This document shows positions 52,089 through 64,000 of a DNA stretch of 64,000 nucleotides, in pieces. The position numbers and the translations under genes are program-made. The first letter of the stretch is position 1. Each line of letters starts with the position of its first letter. This DNA comes from Geosiphon pyriformis uo1. Its lineage: Eukaryota; Fungi; Glomeromycota. The stretch is from assembly GCA_016748015.1 (NCBI GenBank), contig JAAOMT010000590.1:553912-617911 (forward strand). Direction: 5' to 3'. Under the pieces are notes generated by a model. The model was given only the letters and a program-made list of their open reading frames with translations. It searched no databases and had not been told where the DNA came from.

Positions 52089-52981
52089 TGTTACAAGTGA
52101 TTATTTGGGTCTCAAAGCAAATAACAAACCCATAACTTGGTGCTTGATTGATAGTTTGGTGTTGATATCTAAAGGTTTTGTTGATCTGAAGGTTTGATTG
52201 TGAAGTTTTTTGTATAATAGACAGAGATTCAATAATTGTTTTAGTAGTCTCCCAGAATTGCAATTTCATCAAATTTCTTTCTCAGCATAGTAACTGGTAA
52301 TCTTTCTGGTAAATTATCCTTAAATTTATAAATGTTCTACCCTTGTTTCATGGGTTTTTTACCAGTCCCTATGACATCTGTATCTTAGCACTTAATCCTT
52401 TTAATCAATTAGTAAATAACAACAAAGCAAGAAATGAAAATAAAAGAAAAATAAGAAAATAAGAAATAAGCCAAGACAATAATGGTTAGTATCCTATCAA
52501 TAACCATGATTAAGAGTTATTGTTCCAGTATAGTTAAGTATCAATTACTATTAACACTTTATATTAATAGTGAAAAGTGAATTTGAGATAAAGAATAATT
52601 ATTTATTGATATTTTTGAATAGAAAATTGCTTAGATCAAATCTAAACTAAAAGATCCATAACTAAAGAATTCTAATAATTATGACTTGTGAGTCTAATTG
52701 ACTCTAAGAATCCTACTGACTCTAGAAGTCTAATTTTTTAGCTTCTGATACTACTGCTATATATACATAAATTTTATTGTATAAGATTTCTTGAATTTCT
52801 CAATTTTCTAGCCAGGAATCCTGGAATTCTTAGAATCCTGCAATTCCTCATATAAGAATTCTGAAATTCCTGGAATTCTGCAATTTCTCTAAAAGGAATC
52901 CTGGAATTCTACTTTTACTACATTTATTCTAATTGACTAATTTATGTACTAATATTTAATTCCTATATTCTATGAATAACA
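52089..52981 (-). repeat. 5' LTR of the non-autonomous element
   Basis: TGTTA...TAACA; matches 39773-39972 plus 50160-50896. Confidence 0.92.
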
Positions 52982-53344
52982 ATATACTTAAAAAAGCAAT
53001 TAAAAAAATCTTGTTTATAAACAAAAACTTGTTATATAAAAAACAACTAAAGTTCTATGGTTACTTTGATAAAATTATAGAAAACATAAAGTTCATAAAA
53101 AAAACAATTTCTAAAATACAGATAAAAATTTTAAGTATTATATAACTAGATATTTTAAGAGTTTTGACTATTGCTAAAAGAACCAAAACTTTTATATAAA
53201 AATTTAATCTCTTAGATACAAAACTTATTTTATCTACAAAAAATTTTACCAAATTAATTAGTTTTGAATTAAATAAAATTTTTTAAATAGATTATTTTAC
53301 AATAATTTGATTTTACAGAAACTTAATTTCTTTAAAAAAGATAA

Positions 53345-54030
53345 TATTATGATTAAAACTTATAATTTTTATTAGCTATTATATATATTAATTATTAATA
53401 TTATATAATTAGTTATTCTATTTTTAGATAGTAATTATTAACTTAATTATTAACTTAATTGTTGACTTGATCAATAATGTAATTGTTAATTTAATTACTG
53501 ATTTGGTCATTAATTACTTTTAATAACTATATAAATAATAAGTCTCTTAACTATAAAAATACATAATTAAAGTAATAAAATAAAACCTACTATTAATTAC
53601 TTCTTTTTATATTGTTTATTTTTTTTTCAAGTATTTAAATATTTTAAAATAAAAGATTACTTGTTGACATTTACATACTTTATTTTTTTTTTAATTTGTA
53701 TTGTTAAAATTAATTTAAAAAACAATTGCTTGTTTTTATAATTTATTAAATAAAATAATAATTAAAAAGTACAATAATATCTGTTATTGATTTTAAAAAT
53801 TATTAAATTAAAGCATAGAATAATAATAGCAATGTTATTTTATTAACAATTACAGACTATTTCTTTATTTTTAAATTTTCAAAAAAAATTAATAACTGTA
53901 ATTTTCATAAGACTAATTATATATATATATTTAATTTATTTATTTATTATAATTTTTCTTTATTTATTTTTATTATTCTATAATTTTGTTTTTTTTATTA
54001 TCTATTAGTTTGTTACTTCAATTTATAATC
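53345..54030 (+). repeat. 3' LTR of the old Gypsy
   Basis: Collinear with 33776-34435, with a small internal expansion. Confidence 0.8.
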
Positions 54031-55438
54031 TTAAATTAAATAAATTTTTTTTAATAATAAAAATTTTTTTAATTAAACATAAATTATATTTAATAATTAA
54101 TTTATAAAAACAATATTAAATTTTTTAAAATTTAATTGTCTTATAATATACAAATTAATACAAAATATTTAAAATTAAAATTTATTCTTAAAATAAAATA
54201 TATTTAATAAATTATTAATAAAAAAACCATTATTTTTATAAAAAATTATTTAAAAAATTTATAAAAATTTCAATAAAATATTAAAATAGAATTTATAATA
54301 TTTAACTTAAAATTTGTAAATCCAATAACTTGTAATTAAAAACTCTATTAAAAATATTATTAATATTTATAAATATTATTATAAAAGTTACTTATATTTA
54401 AATTAGTCTATTTAAGTATTTTTAATTTATATAACAATAAATAATACTAAGTTTTATTAAATTTTTTAAGTAAATTGATTTTTAACTTTAAATTTTTTTT
54501 TTTTAACAAGTTTTATTTATTATATATACTTTTAAACCAAATTAAATTTTATAATTAATTATAAATTATAAAACTATTAAAACCAAATAAAAAATTATTT
54601 GTTTAAGATAATTTTTTTAATACTATAATAAAAACTTAATATTAAAGTCTGTTTTTTTAAATTTAATTAACAAAAAAAACTTTAAAATATTTAAATAATT
54701 TATTTATTTTACAATAAAAATAAACAAATTATTAATATTTAAAAAAATTTTACTGATTTTTTGGTTAATAAAAATAATTACAGTTTTAATATTATTAACA
54801 AATATATTAGCTATTAAATAAAAAATTAAATTTAGTTTTAATTTTTTTAATTTTGACAACAAACTTAAGATTAATTCTATAAATATTTAAACTTTTATGT
54901 TTTTTGATTTTATACAAAAAAAAATTCGTTAAAATAATAATAAAAATTTTTTTAATCCAAATTATTATGTACTTTATAATTATTTGTTAAATTAAAATTT
55001 GTTATAATTTTATTAATTCTGTTATTATAAATATTGTCAAAAAATTCGATAAATTTTTTATATATTTGGCTTAAAGATTAGTTTATTTTTTATAATTAAA
55101 TAATTTAAACTTATCTTTTAAAATAAGTATTATAAAATATTTTTAATTATATAAATTTTATTATAAATAAAATTTTCTATATTTTTAGTTATATAAATTT
55201 TTATTTTGAATTTTTTAACTACTTATAATTTATAGAGCTTAAATATTTAATAATTTTTTTATGTTAAATAAGATTAAAAAAATAACTATACAAAATAATA
55301 TAAATAAAAACATCTTTCTCTCGTCGATCCCCTGGCTGCTGCGAGAGCAAAGAATTTTTTTAGAAGAAATTGCTTTACTTTATTTCTTTACCCTTTATTC
55401 ATCAAGTCATTTCTTCTAATATACCTCTATTTGTCGCA

Positions 55439-57382
55439 ATAGAACTAGTAAGCTCTTTTGCTGGTGGTTCTGGCTTGGTTTCGGCTGGTTTGGGGACCTA
55501 TCAGAGTGTGAAAAAGAAGCACGTGGATATGGTCTACTCTTGGAGTGCATCTTACAAGAAACCAAAAAAGCCTGCTGTTAGTAATATGGTCGATTTGTCT
55601 GCTGGATCGCTGAGCCTAGAGAATATTGATGGTGCTAGTACCAAGCCTGTGGTGTCCTGGGGCAGTGAAGTTGGCAGTATTGCTAGTAGTGTCAGTGGTC
55701 TCTCGGATGTCGAAAATATGGCGAACACGGTGGCTGAAGAAATCTGCTATGCAGAATCAGATAAAAACATTGGCATGGATGAAACTATGCTGAGGAAGAC
55801 TCATACTCAAACATACATGCTGGACAACCTACCAAAGCAATCTTTGTTTGACCATATGAGTGATGACAATAATGTGCTGGAGCTTCCTCCCCCTAAATTC
55901 GATGGTGTCAATCAGGTGCCACATATCAGGTCATGTGCCCTGGTAAAAAGGAATTTCGAGCCAGTAAAATTTTTTGCATTGGATATTGATGTTTTAACAG
56001 TATCTGGGAAGACAAATGTTGATAAGTTGATGGCAATTAAAAAAATTTTTTATCGAATTGATGAATTTGGGGGAGTTTTGACTCCTTCAAAATTTCCTGG
56101 CATAATAAGATCTACATTCACTTCTGAATTAAGTTTGGGCAGGGCAAAAGATATGGCGATCAGTGAAAAAATCATGGTAAATAATAATCTTAGAAAGGTA
56201 AACAGTCATTCGGATCGGGAGGTGATAATCAAAGAGATCCCTGTTGATCTTCTCAAATCTGTGGTTGAGGCAGTGTTTTCTAAATTTGGAAAAATTGTAT
56301 CAATCAAGATGCAGTTTATTGGTCTTTGACAAAAGGCTCTGGTAAAATTTGAATCATCGGAGGTAGCTGATTTGGTCACAGCTAGATGGTCTGTTTTTGT
56401 GGGAAAAAATTCTGTTCGTGTAGCAAAGACTGTCGATGATAAACAATCATGGGTATCAAGGGATAGGTTTTAGGCTTTGTTGTATACTCTTCCAATTGGC
56501 ATGACTGCTTATGATTTGTCTGAATTGGTGGAGACTTATGGTGAGAAAACTTGTTTTATAGGCTGTAATCCAACTTCATATGTTTGTGATTGGTGTGCTG
56601 TAATTTGTTTTGAAAGTGAGGCATCCAAGTTGGCTGCTATTGGTTTGGTTCCGGCCTTTAAGGGTGTGGGCTTGCATTGGGCTGGTCTTTCTTTGGCCAG
56701 TTGTGTTCATTGCAAACTGTTTGGTCATATTGCCGTTAACTGTTCTGTGGATAGGGGGTCTGGTGGTCATGGGAAACGTGTGGTGACTTCTCAGAATAGG
56801 GTGCAGTTGGCCAATATTTATAGAAAGAAGCAGATGCCAATTGTTTGCCCAGTTTCTTTTGGTGGAAAGACATGGGCCCAAATGGCAGGTGGCTCTCCTC
56901 CTCATGTTGTCTTTTCAAGTACTTTTGGTGTTGGTTTGATTTTTGGTTCGAAAGCTTTCTCGATGGATTTCTCCTTGTCTGGTGCCATTGATTTGGGTGG
57001 TCAACTGGCTGTACTGAAATGCTCTATGGAAATTCTTTTGGATCAGGTCTCACTTATTTTGAAGAAATTGAGTTTTGTTGACTTGGTGTCATTGGTGCCC
57101 CTTCTCTCAGCTCTTCCTTTAGTGTCTTCAACTGCTGTTGTTTTAGATATGAACTCAGGTTTGGCTTCAGATGGTATGTTGTCATCATCTGTCTCCTCCC
57201 TTCCCAACGTTGGTGAGTTGTTTGTTGACTTCAGTCTGAGCAGTTCTAAGGTTCTGACTGCCAAGATTGGCAGTTTGGAGTCAAATATAGTGGCTCTGGA
57301 GGCTTTAATTTGCTCAGTTTTGGGTAGATTGGATCATTTGCATTCTGGATCGGGTTCATCGGCTCTTTCTTTGTCTCAATGA
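55439..57382 (+). pseudogene. LINE D ORF1
   Basis: KFFALDID, IKEIPVDL, intact knuckle CVHCKLFGHIAVNC, FGGKTWAQ; two internal stops. Confidence 0.88.
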
Positions 57383-60300
57383 GTAATTTGGTCTGGAAAT
57401 TTGTTACGTACAACATTCGGGGTATCAATGTTTCTGTGAAGCAAGCAGATATTGTTTGTTGGCATGTAAACTTGGGAAACATGGTTTCTTTTATCACTGA
57501 GACAAAGTTGAAGTCCTCTTCTGGGCCATGGATAAAGGATAAATTTAATGGAGTGCGAATCTTTTCTTCAGGATTGGATAAAAGTTTTATGGGTGCTGGA
57601 GTTGCAATTATTATGAACATTTCTTTGGCTCATTATGTGTCTAAGGTGGAGGAGATTCCTGGTCGGGTTGTTTCTGTTTGGCTCTTGTTTAAGGGCAGGC
57701 TCTTGGTTACTGTTTTGGTGTTGTATGTTGGTGCTTCTTCTGAGGCTAGGTTTGATCAGGCTTCTGAAGTTAATTTTCTCATTGCAAAAGCTGTCAACTC
57801 CAGTAATTTTGTTATCTTGGGTGGAGACTTTAATAAGAATAGATCTGGTAAAAGTGCTAATTTCAAGTTTTGTTTGAGTTTGGGTTTAGTCAATTCATTC
57901 GTTGGTCATTATTTGGCTAATTCTCATACATGGAGCAATTCGAAAGGGGTTGGGAAAACAATTGATTACATTTTTGTTGGTGGTAATTTGTTTTCTGCTG
58001 TTGCTGGTCATCAAGTTGTCTCTGTTTCAGATTTTTTTGACACTAATCACAGGGCAGTTGTGGTTTTGGTTGGTTTGGATGAGCTTCTGGATGTACAATT
58101 GAATAGTTTGCACAAGCAGGCAAATAGAGATCATTGGAAGTTTAAAATTAAGAATGCTGACTGTGCTGGATGGGCTAAGTTTAAGGATCTCTCTTTGGCA
58201 AAACTCTTGTCTTTGGGTGAGATTTTCTCTGGTGCTGAAATACGTGGTGATGTGGATGCTATGTGGGCAGTTTTGGTGGGGGCTGTGGTAGATTCTACTG
58301 ATGTGATATTTTTGAGGCATTGGTTTAATGAATTTAAGTGTTCAAGAAACAAACATTCTTCTAGGTTCTTTGGTCTGGAATTGTTGGTGACCAAGATTGT
58401 CAAGAAATTTTGCTTGGGTGATTTGCTGGTTACTAATCATCTTGTGAGTAAATAGTCGACTCTGGATGATGCAAAGACTCATGCTTTCAAGGACTTGGTT
58501 GGCTCAGGAGTTAAATCTGATGTTGTTGTTAAGCATTTGTCATTGGTTCGCAGAGATTACAGGAGATTGAAGATGTTTAAGTCAAGATTGGCTGAGGAAA
58601 CTTTGGTTAAGAAGGCAATTGAGAAGCACATGGATAATTTCTGTTTGGATAAGGGTAGTATGATTAGGAGTGTGTTGGAAAAACTTTTTTGCAAGGTGGT
58701 GTTGGATCACTTGATAGTTGATGATGATCTGGTTTTATTGCCTGAAAAGGTAAAGTCAAGTGTGGATAAAATAATAGAGGGGTGGACGAGGAAACACTCT
58801 GTGCAGTCAGAGCTTCCTGATCTTTGGGCTCGACAGTACGCACCTTTGGACTATGTGCGGGATGATGCTTTTTCGGGTGTTATGAGTGCAATCAGTATGG
58901 GCAAGTTACTTTCTGTTGTTGGTGGTCTGCCTGATGGCAATGCTGCTGGTTTGTCTGGTGTCCCTAATGAGTTGTGGAAACATGGTAGTGAGGTGGTTTT
59001 GGGGTGCCTGTTGGCGCTGTTTAATAAGTGTTTGTCTATTGGTGTAGTGCCTGTTTTGTGGAAGAAGGCTTGGGTGTTAATGATTTCTAAGCCTTACAAC
59101 TGGGATGGAGTTCTTATGAACACTCGGCCCATTGTTTTGATTAAGACTGTCAGGAAGATTCTTTCCAAGGTTCTGTCTGATCGTATTTCAATGGCTTGTA
59201 GCAAGTTCAATGTTCTTCGAGGTGACAAATTTTCAGTGCTGAAGGGTACATCCACACAATCTCCAGTGTTTGCTGTCGGTTCAGTGATTGAGAATGCCAT
59301 GGAGAAGGATAGGGAGTTATGGTTGGTCTTGCAGAATATGCAAAAAGCTTACAATTCAGTTGGGTGGCATCATTTAAGAGCTAGTTTGCGGCGTGTCAAG
59401 ATGTGTGAAAGGTTCATAAGGTTTTTTGGTGGTATTCATGAGGATAGAGTTAATAGGGTAATGACTGACTTTGGTTTGTCTGGTGGTTATAAGGTGCATG
59501 ATGGGCTGGATCAGAGTAAGGTCTTTTCGCCATTTCTGTGGAGAATTTTTTATGATCCACTTTTGTGTGAAGTTAAGAGACACAAACAATTGTGTGGGTA
59601 CTGGATTGATACTAAGTTTGTTTCAAAGTCTGGCAGAATTGAGAGTAGTGGTGGTTTGACATTGTATTTTTCAGCTGGTGCATTTGTTGATGATACGATC
59701 TGGGTTGGAAATTGTCAGGCTTCTATTCAATATGCTCTGAACATTGCTAGTAAATTTTTTGTGATCAATGATATTTCTATCAACAGTGAGAAGACGGTAG
59801 CTATTCCCATTAATCAGGGTGTTAAAGTTGCTTTACTGAGCATTTGTGGTCAGCCAATTTCTATTGCCAAAAAAGGGGAAGCACATCGGTATCTAGGTAT
59901 TTTTCTGTTAACCAAAGGGCTCTCCAAGCCAAGTGTTGCCAAGGCTCATGCAGATGTGCATTTCTTCATCAATGTTGTGCTTAGGAAAGCTATTACAGAC
60001 AAACAGTTCTCCTATCTGGTGTCGGCTGTTTTGCAGCCTATTGTTAACTATTATATTCAATTCAGTTTTGTCCCTGCTAATGTTTGTCGCAAGTGGGATG
60101 TCTTGGTTAGAAAAGGTCTTAGGTCTAAGGCTTATCTCCTCCATGATTTTCCTGACACTGCTTTGCATCATCTCTTATTGTATGGCCTGAAGCCTTTTGA
60201 GCAGGTGCAGTCAGAAGGAAAGGTTGCTGCTCTGATAATGTTCTCTAATGCCTTTGGTATTCTTGGGTATTTGTTTAGACATAGGTTTTTGAATCTGCAG

Positions 60301-62064
60301 GTTCTTGGTTGGGCTCCTTTAGATTCTTTGCAGTTTCCGGTCAGATTGCGTGTTAGTCCAGTGAACAATTTCTTGGCTGAGATGGTGAAGATTTTTTTGG
60401 GCAATGAGCTTTCTTTGGTGAACAATCTTCCCACTGCATTTCATAGTCCTGGTTATTTTCTATTGTCCTCTATTCTTGGGAAGTCTCTGTATTTTGACTT
60501 GGTCAAATCTCTTAGATGTTTTGGTGTTGCTTTTGGTGATTGGCTTTTTGATAAGAAATGTGTTTTGTTGGATTGGAAAACTTTTCGTCATTGGAAGAGA
60601 TTGGATCCACATGGCTTTGTGCTTCATTGGTTCTTGGTTTCTTTTGAGTTTTTGAAGAGTCAAGGTTGTTCATTTTCTGGTTTTATTGGCTCTGCAGAAA
60701 AGCTTGGTTTGAACATTTTGGAGTCTGGGGAATTTTCTGTGGTAAAAGATGGATTGCATGACATTTGGTCGGGCTTTTTTGAAGTTTTTATGAATGGGTC
60801 TTTGAGGAATGCAGGTTCTGCTGAGGTCACCTGTAGTGCTGCTACATACTTCCCGGTCTTGGGTAAGAGCATTGGTATTGCTGTTAGTGGTCTTTTGTCA
60901 TCTACTATAGCTGAATTGCAGACTGTTGCTTTGGCTTTGGAGTGTGTTCCTTCTTCAAGTACTGTGGTGTTACATCTTGACAGCCAGACTGCTATTGACA
61001 CATGTGTGTCTGAGATGTCTTTGGTTGCCCCTGATTTTCGTAATTAATGCTGGCTGGAGAGGCGTCATATTTTCAATTTGGTCAGGGATAAGGATCTTAG
61101 TATAAGTTGGGTTAAGATAAAAGGCCACTCTGGAATTCCTGGTAATGTGAAAACTGACTTGGCTGCTGGGGCTGTCTCTGGATCTCCCTTTTTCTTTTGT
61201 GCCAATGTACATGAACATTTTTTGGTTGCTGAAGGTATCACTGTTTCTGGTAATGCCTGTCATTTTGTCAAGAATATTTTTTGGTCTGTTTGTTGTGCTC
61301 GTTGGGAAGCTGGGCCTGGTTGTGATGTGGTTCCGGATGCAATAATTGGTTGCATAGACTGGATTGTCACGGCAAAGGTGTGGCATCCTGATTTTCATAT
61401 GCTTACTGGGTTCACTAGCTGGGTATCCTTAATGCTTTGCACTTATATTATGATGGCTGTGCACAGAAAATTGCCGGTGGCAGTAAAAAAAAGGTTGTAT
61501 AATAAGCACTACCCTAGTGTATTATGTTTGTTTTGCAGTGGGGTGGAGTTTTCTGACCATGCTTTTACTTGTGTTCATGAGTCTGGTGTTCATGGTGAGA
61601 TTTTGGCTGAGGCTTCTGCCCATTGGTCAGCTTTGGCTAGTGGTTTCCCTGCTTCTGCCATGTTGCGAGTTTTGTCTCAATGTTCCATTGATGTTGGGTT
61701 GTACACTTTGGTTTGCAAAGGGTTTGTGCTGGGGGAGTGGTATGAGGAAGCTTGCAGTATTTTTGAGGATAGGAAGGTGGCAGCTACTGAAATCATTGAT
61801 TATGTCAGGTTCATGGTTGAGCTATATCATGCTAAAGTGTGGTTGGCTAGGGCCAGCCACCGGGTGGTGATGGAGAAAGCTGGTCTGGTTTGTGATGGTG
61901 GTGTTGTTTCTGGGCTCTCTCGTGGTGTGTCTTCAGTTTTGTCTGATGGTGTTGTAAGATTGCTTGGTGTGGCCAATTCTTTTGCTGTTAGCTTTGGTTA
62001 TTAGAAGCCTTATTGTTTCTTTTCTGGTCTGGGTGGCAGTGTGCGGGTTATTATAGGTGTGTAG
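57379..62064 (+). pseudogene. LINE D ORF2 (APE-RT-RNaseH-CCHC)
   Basis: ORFs 57379-58455, 58495-61047 and 61078-62004 are all in one frame. Motifs GGDFN, IDYIF, FVDDT, WVKIKGHSGIPGN, CLFC-x7-H-x3-C. Confidence 0.94.
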
Positions 62065-63528
62065 TGTTGCCTTGTCTGGCTTGAGTGGCTAGCCACATGT
62101 AGAAAGTGCATGAATTGCATTTAGTTTGAGCCTCTTAGTTTGGCTCTATGTACTAGATAGCAATTGGGCTACACTCGTTAAATGTGTTAATAAAAAATAA
62201 AAAAATAAGATTAATTTAATATTATCAATACTAAAATTTGTTATTATATTTTATTTAAAAATAACTTTATAAAAAAGTTTTTTTAATTTGTTGTTAAATT
62301 CTAATTTTAATTTTTTAAAAATTTTAAATATTAACTTAAAAAACTTAAAAAACTGCTTGTTTTTTATAATCTTAAATTTATAAAATTAAGTTTTAAAATT
62401 TTTTTAATGATTAATAAACACAAAATTTTATAAACAAAAACTTAAATTACATAAAAAAAATTTTTTTTTAACTTGTCAAATTTATTTACAATATTTAATA
62501 CTTTAAACAAAAAAACTTTTTAAATGTTTCTATTTAAATTTGTTTATATTTATAATATATTTTATTATTTTTATTAATTTATTTGTATAATATATTAAGA
62601 TATATTTAAAAAATTATTTAAATTAATTAATATAAAAATAATTTTGTAATTAATATTAAAAAATTTATTTATTTTATGTATTTTTTGTTTAATAATAATA
62701 TTAAATAAAAATTTATTAGCAAAAATATAATTAATAACTTTTTTTGTTTTTTTAAAATTTTGATTATAAAACAATTTATTAAGAAATTATGCAAATTTAA
62801 ATTCAATTATTTTTTAAAACTAATATTTTGTTTAGTATTAATATTATTAAAATTATTAAAATTATTAAAATTATTATAAAAACTATTAAGATATTAATAT
62901 TTGTTTTGACAATTATAATATTAATTTGTTTTAATTTTATACTTAAAAAAACTTTAATATAAAAACTTTGAATTATAATTAAAAGCTTGTTTTTGATTAA
63001 TAATAATAAATATATTAACAAAATCTGGTTTAATATTTTAAAAATTTTGCATATATATTTAACTATTTAATATTTAAAATAATTGTTATTTTAGAATTTA
63101 AATTAAAAATAAAAATATTTGTTTTATTAAATTTGTTTATAATTTATAATTTATAATTTAATTTAATCTTTTACTTTTGTTTTATTAATAATAAATATTA
63201 AATTATAATTTTTTTTATATTATTATACAATATTTTTTTGATTAACAAATTTTTTTTTATATTATAAATAATAATTTACAAATTAAATTAATTATTATTA
63301 AAAAAATAATATATTTATTTTTAATAAATAAAACATTTAATCTTAATAAAATAATATTAAAAAACTTAAAAGTTTTATTATTTTGGTTTTTAAATTATTT
63401 AATCTAAATATAAATAAACTAAAAATTTAAAAATTTAAAAACAACAAATTATTAGTTTTTTTAAAAAACTTATTTAAAATTATACTTAAATTAAAAAATC
63501 AATATTAAAAAAAAACAAAAATAAATAA

Positions 63529-64000
63529 TGGGCTCGTCAATATCGGCCTCTGGATTACGTGTTCGATGGTGCTTTCTCTAATGTCATGTGTTCGATTGGT
63601 TTTAATGAGTTGTCAGCTGTTGTTGAGGATCTTCCTGATGGAAAAGCGGCTGGTCTTTCTGGTATCTCCAACGAATTATGGAAACATTGTGACAAATCTG
63701 TTTTGGATATGCTTTTGGTGCTCTTGAATTTCTGTTTGGTTGGCGAGTCGGTCCCTGGGCCTTGGAGAGAAGCCTGGGTTTCAATAATTCCTAAACCATA
63801 TGAATGGAAGGGAGTTCTCACGAACACCCGTCCTATAGCTTTAATTGAAACAGCCTGCAAAATTCTCTCCAAGATCCTTTCAGATAGGATCTCTCTGGCT
63901 TGCAGCACTTTTGATGTTCTTCATGGGGACAATTTTTTGGTTTTAAAGGGTACGACAATGCAATCTCTCATTTTTGCTATCGGTTCTGTGGTTGAGGATG
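63529..64000 (+). mobile_element. 5'-truncated LINE copy E, beginning just before the RT domain; runs off the window
   Basis: Open frame WARQYRPLDYVFDGAF...DGKAAGLSGISNELWK...TNTRPIALIETA. It retains many CpGs, so is probably the youngest copy. Confidence 0.93.

Larger units (their letters stand above)
39773..52981 (-). mobile_element. Non-autonomous LTR element (two LTRs of about 0.9 kb and a 1.19 kb internal region, no pol); middle level of the nest
   Basis: The 3' LTR is split into 39773-39972 and 50160-50896; the 5' LTR is 52089-52981. TG...CA termini, perfect ATAT TSD (39769-39772, 52982-52985), PBS 52070-52086, PPT AAAGAAGGAAA at about 50900-50910. Confidence 0.9.
33776..54030 (+). mobile_element. 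Old, extremely AT-eroded Ty3/Gypsy element (outermost level of the nest; about 7 kb without inserts)
   Basis: LTR pair at about 33776-34435 and 53345-54030. Decayed PBS at 34442-34458 and a purine tract before 53345. RT remnants FYIDYCQLN (about 37103) and YLDN (about 37399), RNase H YTNISGFGLGAV (about 37838), integrase remnant ORF 38557-38754. Possible TTAA TSD (weak in AT-rich DNA). Confidence 0.85.
55311..62205 (+). mobile_element. Full-length LINE copy D (distinct subfamily), inactivated
   Basis: Sharp GC step at 55311, ORF1, ORF2, conserved 3' UTR, A-rich tail. Confidence 0.95.

Noticed and set aside
55266-55277. AAATAAGATTAA also found near 62203, as the TSD of LINE D
   Set aside because: It lies about 33 nt upstream of the element's 5' end and is low complexity.
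54031-55310. Possible hAT-like transposase relic (TDFLVNKNNYSF near 54750)
   Set aside because: Too eroded; one weak motif and no TIRs.
62206-63528. Short Ile/Lys/Asn-rich ORFs in AT deserts (62803-63021; also 14444-14671)
   Set aside because: Compositional artefacts of extremely AT-rich, probably eroded TE DNA.

Overview
Eukaryotic, very AT-rich, transposon-dominated window. The short introns, TE repertoire and base composition suggest an early-diverging fungus (Glomeromycotina-like; inference only). Two host genes are supported, both on the minus strand: the 5' part of a Ser/Pro-rich protein running off the left edge (1-1037, missed by the ORF track) and a 19-exon Argonaute (26382-30450, about 838 aa, DEDH tetrad intact). 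The rest is retroelement DNA. LINEs: three full-length but stop-riddled APE-RT-RNaseH copies, two 5'-truncated insertions and several AT-eroded relics. LTR elements: a solo LTR and a three-level nest. In the nest, an old eroded Ty3/Gypsy contains a short non-autonomous LTR element. That element's LTR contains a 10.2 kb Gypsy with one very long gag-pol frame, a multi-CxxC module and dUTPase between protease and RT, and an extra ORF after integrase. Repeats show an almost pure C>T/G>A erosion that deepens with nesting age. The LINE termini carry conserved, partly covarying stem-loops. All alignments, counts and exon models were done by eye; no database search was run.
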